Source: Nitrospirota bacterium
GTDB lineage: Bacteria; Nitrospirota; Thermodesulfovibrionia; Thermodesulfovibrionales; Dissulfurispiraceae
Direction: 5' to 3'
DNA length: 64,000 bases
Assembly: GCA_963710375.1 (NCBI GenBank)
Contig: CAVPZX010000005.1
Location: forward strand, 192,001-256,000
Made by a program: the position numbers and the translations under genes. The notes under the pieces were generated by a model, which was not told where the DNA came from, searched no databases, and was given only the letters and a program-made list of their open reading frames with translations. The stretch's first letter is position 1, and every line of letters begins with the position of its first letter. This document shows positions 1 through 8,213 of this stretch, in pieces.

Positions 1-1
1 C

Positions 2-1612
2 CAGAAGCAGGTCGGCGGCTACCTCGGACAGATCCTCATCCAGCAGGGCATAATTACTGAAACACATCTTGTGGAGGCATTGTCGGAGCAGTTGGCCATC
101 CCTGTTTTCGACTGGGAAAACTACGAGACGGACCGCGAAGGCGTAATTATCCCTCTGTCCCAGGAAGTGGACCTCGATTTCATTGTGAGGAACCATTTTG
201 TCCCTGTGCAGTTCGACAGGAACAAAGGCGTTATCACATTTGTCACTGACGATCCCCTGAATAATTCCGTTGAAGAGTATTTAACCAAAAGCACCCCTTA
301 TTCAGTCGTTACTCTCCTTGCCGCCGAACGGGCTGTCAGGGAATTATCCAAAACATATATAGGGGACAAGGACGATAATTTTGTTTCCCTTCATGTGGAT
401 GACACGCCTGAGCGCCTGAAGGAGCTGGCGTTCGAAGCCCCTGTTATCAAATATCTGAACAACCTTGTGAGCAGGGCGGTGGAATTGCGGGCTACGGATA
501 TCCATATAGAGCCGGTAGGGGACAAGTACCGGGTGCGGTTCAGGATCGACGGAATACTCCATGATATCGACTCGCTGGAAGATGCCTTTTACCTTGCTGT
601 TGTATCGAGGATAAAGCTCCTTTCCGCCCTGGACATAGCAGAGAAGAGATTGCCCCAGGACGGCAAGTTCAGCACCAAAATCGCATCCATTTTCCTCGAC
701 ATCAGGGTGTCCACCATCCCAATGGTGAAAAGCGAGAGCGTTGTGATGAGGCTGCTCTACAGGGAACGGCTTACTTTCGATATCATGCAGCTTGGCATGG
801 AATCGGACCATGCGAAGACAATCATTGATCTTATAGCAAAGCCATACGGCATTCTCCTGGTGACAGGCCCCACCGGTTCAGGCAAGACCACCTCGCTTTA
901 TTCAATGCTTACGCGCCTGAACAACACTGACAGGAAAATCATAACTGTGGAAGACCCGGTGGAGTACCAGATCGATGGAATAAACCAGATTCAGGTTAAA
1001 ACCGAGATCGGTTTGACCTTTGCCTCAGCCCTCCGTTCTATTCTCAGACACGATCCCGATGTCATTATGGTGGGTGAAATCAGGGACAGGGAGACGGCGG
1101 AAATTTCCATTCATTCTGCGCTTACAGGACATCTCGTTCTTTCTACTCTTCACACCAACGATTCTCCAGGCAGTCTTTTCAGGCTGATGGAAATGGGACT
1201 GGAAGATTATTTGTTGAACGCCTCTGTTATAGGGGTTATAGCACAGCGCATTATAAGAAAGAATTGTCCGAAATGCACTGATATCTGCCATGTGCCCGAT
1301 GAGGTATTGACGGAGTTTGACCTCCATTCTCTATATGGAAGGTTCAAGCACCTGCTGGGCGGCGAAATGGTTTTCAAAAGGGGTAAGGGCTGCCCCGCCT
1401 GCGCCGGGACCGGGTACAAGGGCAGGATGTCCATCTTCGAGTGCTTTGATTATACCGATGATCTTAAGGATACATTCCTCAGAGGCCGTTCTCTCGAAAC
1501 GCTGCGGGCTGCTCTCAGGGAAAGACACTCCTTCCGGTCGCTCCGTGAGGATGGCTTACTGAAGGTGATGAAGGGACTTACTACCATAGAAGAGATATTG
1601 AGGGTGAGCTGA
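2..1612 (+). CDS. gspE: Type II secretion ATPase GspE/PulE (5'-truncated by window edge)
   Basis: Walker A GPTGSGKTT, ITVEDPVEY, LRHDPDVIMVGEIRD, STLHTND and CxxC...CxxC zinc motif. The frame is open back to position 2 (QKQVGGYLGQILIQQGIITETHLVEALSEQ), so the true start is upstream of the window. Confidence 0.95.
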   Translation, partial: QKQVGGYLGQILIQQGIITETHLVEALSEQLAIPVFDWENYETDREGVIIPLSQEVDLDFIVRNHFVPVQFDRNKGVITFVTDDPLNNSVEEYLTKSTPYSVVTLLAAERAVRELSKTYIGDKDDNFVSLHVDDTPERLKELAFEAPVIKYLNNLVSRAVELRATDIHIEPVGDKYRVRFRIDGILHDIDSLEDAFYLAVVSRIKLLSALDIAEKRLPQDGKFSTKIASIFLDIRVSTIPMVKSESVVMRLLYRERLTFDIMQLGMESDHAKTIIDLIAKPYGILLVTGPTGSGKTTSLYSMLTRLNNTDRKIITVEDPVEYQIDGINQIQVKTEIGLTFASALRSILRHDPDVIMVGEIRDRETAEISIHSALTGHLVLSTLHTNDSPGSLFRLMEMGLEDYLLNASVIGVIAQRIIRKNCPKCTDICHVPDEVLTEFDLHSLYGRFKHLLGGEMVFKRGKGCPACAGTGYKGRMSIFECFDYTDDLKDTFLRGRSLETLRAALRERHSFRSLREDGLLKVMKGLTTIEEILRVS

Positions 1613-2811
1613 TGGATTTCAAATACAGGTGTCTCGACCCTGCCGGCAGAGTTATCGCGGGAAGTATAACAGCCGGAGGTTCTGCGGAGGCACTCTATCT
1701 CCTTAAACAGCGGGACTTGACCGTAGTAGAAATAAATGAGGTGGCTGCGAGGGCCGCAAAAATGCGCGGTTTCAGGAAAAAGGCGAGGGACGCAGACCTT
1801 TATAACGTGTTCCGTGAAATGAGCATACTCCTCAAATCCGGAATAAAGATAGACAGGGCGCTTGAAATCATCGTCAATTCCAGTTCGTCTTTACAAATCA
1901 GGGAAACCCTCTCGACTATCCTGAAGGATATCAAGGCCGGCAAGACTATATCGCGGGCCTTTTCCGACACGGGGAAGTTCACCCTGCTCAGCACCACGAT
2001 GATCCATGCCGGAGAAAGTGTGGGTGATGTGAGGTCGGCCTTTGAGAACATCGCTGAATACCAGCGGTTCCAAATGCAGTTAAAGGGAGAAATAAAGAAC
2101 GCCCTCGCATATCCTTCTTTTCTGATAGGCGCCAGTATGCTTGTCATTTTTGTTATATTCAAGTTCATCATACCGCGATTTTTCAGCATTTTCGGCAAAA
2201 ATGATGCAACCCTTCCCGTTACGGCAAAGATCCTCTATTCCATAGGCAATTTTCTCAGCATCACAAATTTTTATTTTATCTCATTTGCTGTTGCGCTGGT
2301 TTTCGTAATGCTGAAGGTAGTGAATACAAAAAAGGTCCTTTCAAAGGCCTATTCATACTTAATTTATATTCCTCTCTTCGGCAGCCTGATTCTCTATCTC
2401 GAATTGTCCAGGTTTTCCTATTCTATGTACTCTATGCTCAACAGCGGCATCGCGTTCATCGATGCCCTGCGTTTGTCCACGGGGGTTATTATGGACAAAA
2501 AAGTACGTGCATCCATTGAGCCGACTATTGACCAGATCAAGGAGGGAAAAGGCATCGCCGATGTTTTTTCCCATGTGCATATCCTGCCGGAGATAGTGCC
2601 GAACATGATCCGGGTGGGAGAAGAGAGCGGCAATCTCAGGGACATTTTTTTTGAGATTCACCGTATTTTCGACGAACGTTTCAGAAACACGACCAAAAGA
2701 GTACTTGCGCTCGTGGAGCCGGTGGTCATCACCGTCACCGGCATCATTGTGGGATTTATTGTTATCTCCCTGATCATGACAGTGATGAGCGCAAGCGACA
2801 TAAAATTATGA
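1612..2811 (+). CDS. gspF: Type II secretion inner-membrane platform protein GspF
   Basis: Two GspF repeats (MIHAGESVG; MIRVGEESGNL), ALAYP and LVEPVVI motifs; TGATG coupling to gspE. Confidence 0.93.
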   Translation: MDFKYRCLDPAGRVIAGSITAGGSAEALYLLKQRDLTVVEINEVAARAAKMRGFRKKARDADLYNVFREMSILLKSGIKIDRALEIIVNSSSSLQIRETLSTILKDIKAGKTISRAFSDTGKFTLLSTTMIHAGESVGDVRSAFENIAEYQRFQMQLKGEIKNALAYPSFLIGASMLVIFVIFKFIIPRFFSIFGKNDATLPVTAKILYSIGNFLSITNFYFISFAVALVFVMLKVVNTKKVLSKAYSYLIYIPLFGSLILYLELSRFSYSMYSMLNSGIAFIDALRLSTGVIMDKKVRASIEPTIDQIKEGKGIADVFSHVHILPEIVPNMIRVGEESGNLRDIFFEIHRIFDERFRNTTKRVLALVEPVVITVTGIIVGFIVISLIMTVMSASDIKL

Positions 2812-3227
2812 AGAGGGCAAAGGGCGAAGGGCAAAGGGCAAAGGGTTTTACGCTCATAGAATTACTCATGGTTATCACCATTATCGGGATGATGTTCTCC
2901 GTGAGCGTTCCGATTTCCTATTCCATTTACCAGCGCTATCAGGCATCCCTCAAAGCGGAAAAGGTCTTGACCTTTGTCAGCTCCCTGAAGTTGGAGGCCT
3001 TTTTGTACGGACGGGATAGGCTTATCGAGTCAAAGGAGGGCAGGATGCTCATTGACGGGACTGATCCGGGAGGGTTTAATGATATGTTTATCCAGGTAGA
3101 CAACCCCATCACGTTTTACAGGACGGGTACTACTTCCGGGGGTCAGATCAAGGTGTATGCTGATAGCAATACCTTTCTTATAGTAATACAGGCCCCTTTC
3201 GGAGGACTCGTGATGAAATCGGCATAA
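2808..3227 (+). CDS. Minor pseudopilin (GspH-like)
   Basis: Prepilin site G|FTLIELLMVITII; leader peptide is encoded by AGGGCAA repeats. Confidence 0.85.
   Translation: MKRAKGEGQRAKGFTLIELLMVITIIGMMFSVSVPISYSIYQRYQASLKAEKVLTFVSSLKLEAFLYGRDRLIESKEGRMLIDGTDPGGFNDMFIQVDNPITFYRTGTTSGGQIKVYADSNTFLIVIQAPFGGLVMKSA
2814..2845 (+). repeat. 7-nt tandem repeat (AGGGCAA x about 4.5) encoding the prepilin leader
   Basis: agggcaa agggcga agggcaa agggcaa aggg. Confidence 0.9.
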
Positions 3228-3228
3228 T

Positions 3229-3681
3229 ATGGCAAAGGGCAAAGGGCAAAGGGCAAAGGGTAACGAGAGAGGTTTTCTGATCCTTGAGGTCATGATCGCG
3301 AGCCTGATTCTGACCGCCGGTGTCGCAGCGACCATGTATCTTTTCAGGCTCGGATTTCAGTATCTGGAACGGGCGAATGATTCCAACCTGATCTCGTCCA
3401 AACTGCCTCAGGTCATCAACTTCCTGAAGGTGCTCGATATGGAAGCACAGAGCGGGACCGAAGATATGGGTGATGATGTTATAATGCATTGGGACGCCAA
3501 GCTAATCGAGACGGTGCGGCCTGTACATGATACACCTGATGGCAAGGAGTCCCATCCCTTTAATCTGTACCTTTATAAGGTGAACATACGCCTCGATTAT
3601 AAAAATCTGAACAGGGACTACAAAATAAATATATTCAGGAGTTCCAGGCTTAATGAGACTCATTTGCCGCGGGAATTTTAG
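3229..3681 (+). CDS. Minor pseudopilin (GspI-like)
   Basis: G|FLILEVMIASLIL with Glu at +5; position in operon. Confidence 0.8.
   Translation: MAKGKGQRAKGNERGFLILEVMIASLILTAGVAATMYLFRLGFQYLERANDSNLISSKLPQVINFLKVLDMEAQSGTEDMGDDVIMHWDAKLIETVRPVHDTPDGKESHPFNLYLYKVNIRLDYKNLNRDYKINIFRSSRLNETHLPREF
3231..3260 (+). repeat. 7-nt tandem repeat (AGGGCAA) encoding the prepilin leader
   Basis: ggcaa agggcaa agggcaa agggcaa aggg. Confidence 0.9.
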
Positions 3682-4318
3682 AGGATACACATTTATCGAG
3701 GTGCTGGTGGCCATGGCAATTTTCAGCGCCATGGTAACGCTTGCCACCATGGCGCTGGATCAGGGACTGAAGCAGTATCGCGGCCTAATGGAAAAAGGAG
3801 TCAATTTCTGGGACAAGGCCAGGTACATCTGGGTCAACGGCAGCTTCGGTTCCGCGGTCGATTACTATGTGCATAGAGATGGTATGGGCTTTGTACCGTA
3901 TTTCCTCGGTGATGGCGAAAGGATTTCCTATGTGTCTCTGTCTCCTGTCATGGGAGATCTGCCGGTCGTTGTCTGGATCGTGAAGGAGAAAAAAGATAAT
4001 GGACTTTATGCTGTGGTATATTATGAACTGCCTGTTTATACGAAAGATTACAACGAATTGGACAGGGAGTATGTCACAGGCGATTACAAAAAAGGATATT
4101 CCGTGCCGCTGCTGGATGGGGTTACAGATATTAATATGGAATTCTTCGGGTTTGATTTCATGACACGGAAGGCCGTGTGGTCCCCTGACTTTGACGGAAG
4201 CAAAAACAGATCGCTGCCCTCTGCGGTGAAGCTTACTTATGTTTCTGAGAACAAAAAACAGATAATGCTGTTTTGCATCAACACAAACTCCATGAGAAAG
4301 TCAAGTTATAATGAATAA
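3653..4318 (+). CDS. Minor pseudopilin (GspJ-like)
   Basis: G|YTFIEVLVAMAIFS; size and gene order. Confidence 0.82.
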   Translation: MRLICRGNFRGYTFIEVLVAMAIFSAMVTLATMALDQGLKQYRGLMEKGVNFWDKARYIWVNGSFGSAVDYYVHRDGMGFVPYFLGDGERISYVSLSPVMGDLPVVVWIVKEKKDNGLYAVVYYELPVYTKDYNELDREYVTGDYKKGYSVPLLDGVTDINMEFFGFDFMTRKAVWSPDFDGSKNRSLPSAVKLTYVSENKKQIMLFCINTNSMRKSSYNE

Positions 4319-5231
4319 TTATAAGAGGGCCGGGGGTTCCGCCAGCATCCTTGCGTTATTGATAACAGGGGTTATTATTACCGTGGGAATCGGGTTCAAC
4401 TGGCTCGTGAAAGAACACCTGAAGGCTGCCGAGGGAATGAAACGCAAGACCGAAGCGATGCTGACGGCTGTCTCCACTTACAACACCCTCGTATACAGCA
4501 TACTTGCAGGTGTAACGGCTCCTGATCAGGTTGTTTTTATGAACGGGGGGAACCTTCTTGGCGTGAAAAGCATTCCCCTGAATAACGAAGGAGTCAGTGT
4601 TGGCGCTGATATAGAGATAAAGATCCAGGACAGTAACGGCATGATTTCTCTTGCCGGTCCCGACCTTTTGGCCCTGCAAAGGTTGTTGCGCAACGCAAAT
4701 CCTGACCAGGATCAGAGCGCAACAATCATAGACAGCTACCTTGATTGGATTAGCAGGGGCAACATGGTGCACATCAATGGTGCCAAGGAGGCTTATTACA
4801 GGGCCCAGGGTAAACCGTACACTGCCCGGAATTACCCGATGCAGTACAAAGAGGAGTTCGCATTTGTGAGAGGAATGGACCAGGAGCTCTACAAAAAAAT
4901 ATCTCCTTTTGTGACCTTGCTTCCCAATTCAGGCTTTAATCCCAACACAGCCCCTGATCCGGTTCTGGCAGCTTTTCTGGGTATCGACGAGGAAGCAGTG
5001 CAGAACCTTAAGGCATATATGAAGACGGCGCCGCTCACTTCCAACTCTACACTCTTTAATATTGTGCGAAGGACCATAGCCGGGGAAGGATTCGATTTCA
5101 ACCCTTCACGGTTCTGGGATATAACAATAAATGTTGGCAAGCCCGAACCTGTGTATTCTCTCAGGGCTGGAATCGACATAAGATGGAACGAAACATATCC
5201 ATACTCCGTCATTTATTGGGGAAAGGACTGA
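4311..5231 (+). CDS. gspK: Pseudopilin GspK
   Basis: Hydrophobic N-terminus without Glu5; IQDSNGMISL, DSYLDW, ARNYP..KEEFAFVRGM and FNPNTAP motifs typical of GspK. Confidence 0.85.
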   Translation: MNNYKRAGGSASILALLITGVIITVGIGFNWLVKEHLKAAEGMKRKTEAMLTAVSTYNTLVYSILAGVTAPDQVVFMNGGNLLGVKSIPLNNEGVSVGADIEIKIQDSNGMISLAGPDLLALQRLLRNANPDQDQSATIIDSYLDWISRGNMVHINGAKEAYYRAQGKPYTARNYPMQYKEEFAFVRGMDQELYKKISPFVTLLPNSGFNPNTAPDPVLAAFLGIDEEAVQNLKAYMKTAPLTSNSTLFNIVRRTIAGEGFDFNPSRFWDITINVGKPEPVYSLRAGIDIRWNETYPYSVIYWGKD

Positions 5232-6547
5232 TGGAGGGTTGGATGTTTAGGAGATTGGAAGGTTGGAAGCTCGGCAATTTGGCAGCTCGAAAGCTCGGTG
5301 GTTTGGCTAACCCTCTAACCCGCAAGTTCTCCAATCTTCTAATTGGTTACTGGCATAAAGGGGGGGTGGAAATTTACCGGCTTTCCGCCCCAAAAAGTCA
5401 AAGGCTTTCCGGGGGCGCCGGGCCCGCGGAAAGCAAGATCACTCTGTTTGCATCCGGAGGTCTCGACACACTTAAACCTGTCAAAGCATTCGGCAAAATA
5501 GTATTGATTGTGGGGAGAGACCTTTTTCTCCACACAAGGAAAAAGTTTCCCCCGGCATCGTTAGATGATTTGAAGAAAGCTGTAAACCTTGAAATCGGCG
5601 AGTTGTTCCCACTGAAGAGTCCCTCCTTTTTCCTCAATGTTTTTGAGAGGACCGAAGCTTACACCCTGGCTGATATATGGGCGTGGGACAGTTCTGGATA
5701 TGACAACCTGAAGCGTGTGCTCCCCTTTACCTATGTATTGCCGGAAGACATGGCCTTTATATCAGGGGAACCCGAAATCAGTGTTTTGAGCGGCTCTGCC
5801 GGCGACGCCGGTGTCTCCCATTTGCTGGCTCATTCAAAAGAAGGATTTCTCGGCATGTCGTCATTCAGAGGCCGGGTCAGCCGGAGCCACATAGAGAAGC
5901 TTCTCAAGGCGATCAGCAGTCATGCGGAAGAGGTTAAGAGGGTGAACCTTTACGGGGGAGCAGAAGCTGTTACCGCTATTAATGACCTTGGATTCCCGGT
6001 CGTGAAAAAGGAGACCAGGGGGTATCCCGCCTGCCTTGAAAATTTGAGCAGGCTCGATCTTAAACAGTTCAGTGTCCGGACAGAACCGGCTTTTATGGAA
6101 TACATTGATGTCGGCATCAGGTCCGTAATATACCTTTTTGTTGCGTATGGCATATCCCTTATTGTTGCAGGCAGGCATTATGATGCTGCAATCAGTGAAG
6201 TGAAGATAAAGACTGCAAGGCTGACTACGAGCATGTCTGCCGTAATCGTGGGGCAGAAGAAAGATTACGAGGAGGCTGCGGACGAGATGAAGGAAAAGCT
6301 GAAGGGTTGGCGTCCGCCGTTGCCTGTAATGGAGGCGTTGGCCAAAAATCTGCCTGACAAGAGCTATGTGACAAGAATGGTACTTAATGAGACCACACTG
6401 GAGTTGACACTTGCATCGAATGACCCCCTGGCGGTTGTGAAAGCCGTGGGGAGAACTGACGGAGTAAAAACAGTGAAATTGAAGGGCTCGCCTTCGAAAA
6501 ATGATAAAGGGCTTTATACCTTCTATCTTACGGTGGAACTGAAATGA
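5231..6547 (+). CDS. GspL/PilN-like T2SS assembly protein
   Basis: Cytoplasmic domain, one TM segment near residue 300, PilN-like C-terminal domain (ALAKNLPDKSYVTRM). ATG 5231 overlaps the gspK stop (TGATG). Confidence 0.7.
   Translation: MEGWMFRRLEGWKLGNLAARKLGGLANPLTRKFSNLLIGYWHKGGVEIYRLSAPKSQRLSGGAGPAESKITLFASGGLDTLKPVKAFGKIVLIVGRDLFLHTRKKFPPASLDDLKKAVNLEIGELFPLKSPSFFLNVFERTEAYTLADIWAWDSSGYDNLKRVLPFTYVLPEDMAFISGEPEISVLSGSAGDAGVSHLLAHSKEGFLGMSSFRGRVSRSHIEKLLKAISSHAEEVKRVNLYGGAEAVTAINDLGFPVVKKETRGYPACLENLSRLDLKQFSVRTEPAFMEYIDVGIRSVIYLFVAYGISLIVAGRHYDAAISEVKIKTARLTTSMSAVIVGQKKDYEEAADEMKEKLKGWRPPLPVMEALAKNLPDKSYVTRMVLNETTLELTLASNDPLAVVKAVGRTDGVKTVKLKGSPSKNDKGLYTFYLTVELK
5233..5342 (+). repeat. 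Degenerate 8-nt repeat array with inverted arm at the 5' end of the gspL-like gene
   Basis: ggagggtt ggatgttt aggagatt ggaaggtt ggaagctc ...; ttaggagattgga (5247-5259) pairs with tccaatcttctaa (5330-5342). Confidence 0.65.
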
Positions 6548-6551
6548 AGAC

Positions 6552-6654
6552 AGAAGTTGAGAAGTTGCGAAGGTGAGAAGATGAGAGAAAGGATACTGCG
6601 TGAAAATGTGGGTTTGGGGTCTCAACTTCACAACTTCACAATTTCTCAACTTCT
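6552..6654 (+). repeat. Intergenic inverted-repeat hairpin built of 8-nt units (GAGAAGTT/AACTTCTC)
   Basis: 35-nt arms 6552-6586 and 6620-6654; 30/35 Watson-Crick plus one G-U by manual alignment. Confidence 0.9.
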
Positions 6655-6674
6655 ATGTTTACAGCGGCGCTGAA

Positions 6675-7214
6675 ATGATGAGCAGGGATAGATTAAAAAT
6701 ATTAGGGGCTTATGTGTTGGCGGCGCTGATAATAGCTCGGGTTGTTATAACGCCTCTTCAGCACTCGCTGCAGGAGAAAAAGGCCCTTCTGAATGAATAT
6801 CAGGACACCTATAAGGTGCGCATGCTTTCCTTCGAAAAATATAAGGAGCAGGCAAAGGGGAAAAACAAAGAGAGCTCGTCGGTTAACGAAGGCTTCCTGA
6901 AATCGCTTTATAGCAGGGACATTCTTTACAGCGAATTGCAGTCGGATGTCGTTGAGAAGATTTTGGGCCTGGCCGGTAAAGAGGGGCTTACCCTGGGGAG
7001 TTATGATTTTGCAGAACCGACTTACCTGAAAGCCATCAGCGAAGTCCCTGTTGTAATCAGGCTGAACGGCGAACAGAAAGGAATCGTTGCCATGCTAAGG
7101 GAATTGGATACGAATGACAAGAAACTGGTGGTAAGGCGGTTCGATATTACTAAAAACGGACCTTACTCCGCCCAGTGCCTCATGACCATATCCGCCTTCA
7201 GGCTCGAGAAATGA
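6675..7214 (+). CDS. GspM/PilO-like T2SS protein
   Basis: MMSRDRLKIL start, one TM helix, coiled coil and small periplasmic domain. The longer GTG start at 6600 runs through the repeat arm and is less likely. Confidence 0.7.
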   Translation: MMSRDRLKILGAYVLAALIIARVVITPLQHSLQEKKALLNEYQDTYKVRMLSFEKYKEQAKGKNKESSSVNEGFLKSLYSRDILYSELQSDVVEKILGLAGKEGLTLGSYDFAEPTYLKAISEVPVVIRLNGEQKGIVAMLRELDTNDKKLVVRRFDITKNGPYSAQCLMTISAFRLEK

Positions 7215-8164
7215 AAAAGATTCAGACAGAAAAAATCGAGCTTTTCGCAAGGAAATATATTTTTGACATAGGCATTGCAGCCATATTCTTTTTTTTCGCG
7301 CTTGTCCTTGCAGAAAGGCCGAAGGTGGACCTTCGCCTGAGAAATGCTTTGCCGGCATTGTCCGGGAAAGTCAGCGTTAAGCAGATACCGGTGACTGCTG
7401 CTCCTGCCGGCGCCCAGCAAAGTCTCGGTCTTTCCAGGGACCAGGTTCCGGCAAAAGACGGTAATATAAATCCGGACATTTCAGATTTTTATGCGGATGA
7501 ATTCAGGATCCAGGGAAAAGATGTTCGTAAGCTCTGTGAAGCAATCAGGAGTGACGGTTATAAAATCGGGGCAATAAATGCTTCCGCGGGCACTATTGAA
7601 CGGCTCAATGCAGGAAATCTTATTGAACGGCTCAATGCCGGAAATCTTATCGAGTGGCTGAATAGCTTGCTCAGGGTCGGCGATTTGTTCGATAAAATTA
7701 CCTATATGAAACCGGACCTTGTCCTGACAGATGAGATAAAAGAACTCAGGGACCAAACTGAAGAGAAACGCGGGAAGCCATTTAACGGCCTCAAAGATGA
7801 CGAGAAGAAGGCAATAAAAAGGCTGAACAGATTGATGTTAGAGCTGGCTTATCCAAAGGAAACCCCGAAGAACAGGAATCTTGTGGTAAGGAATATATTC
7901 GATCCGGAAGGCAACTACGAACAGCCCAAAGAGTTGATAATCATTCCTGAAAAACCATATAATCTCATTGCTGTCCTGGAAGGAAAGGAAAAGAGGGCGA
8001 TATTAAGGGATTATACCGGCAATATGGTTTCTCTCAAGACAGGTGATAAGATGATCGACGGAGCTGTTGTTATCAAAATCGACAAGCTGAGCGTTACAGC
8101 AAAAAAAGGCGTGAAGAAAATGGAATACAGGATTTTCGATGTTAAACCGAAAAAGAAAAAATAA
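7211..8164 (+). CDS. Membrane-anchored T2SS protein, GspC-like position
   Basis: N-terminal TM segment; C-terminal RNIF...YNLIAVLEG..RAIL......LKTGD beta domain resembling the GspC HR/PilP fold; lies directly before the secretin. Confidence 0.55.
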   Translation: MKKIQTEKIELFARKYIFDIGIAAIFFFFALVLAERPKVDLRLRNALPALSGKVSVKQIPVTAAPAGAQQSLGLSRDQVPAKDGNINPDISDFYADEFRIQGKDVRKLCEAIRSDGYKIGAINASAGTIERLNAGNLIERLNAGNLIEWLNSLLRVGDLFDKITYMKPDLVLTDEIKELRDQTEEKRGKPFNGLKDDEKKAIKRLNRLMLELAYPKETPKNRNLVVRNIFDPEGNYEQPKELIIIPEKPYNLIAVLEGKEKRAILRDYTGNMVSLKTGDKMIDGAVVIKIDKLSVTAKKGVKKMEYRIFDVKPKKKK

Positions 8165-8213
8165 AAGGTTAATTTTTGATGACAAAGAGATGAAGGGAGA
8201 ACAAGGGAGAATT

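Noticed and set aside
1612..3227. Absence of the major pseudopilin gspG and a prepilin peptidase
   Set aside because: The operon is cut by the window edge, so these genes may lie upstream; no conclusion is possible.
5861..6649. Long antisense ORFs (for example 5861-6649, 42184-43122, 44734-45477, 55164-55934)
   Set aside because: They lie opposite well-supported genes and show no recognisable motifs.
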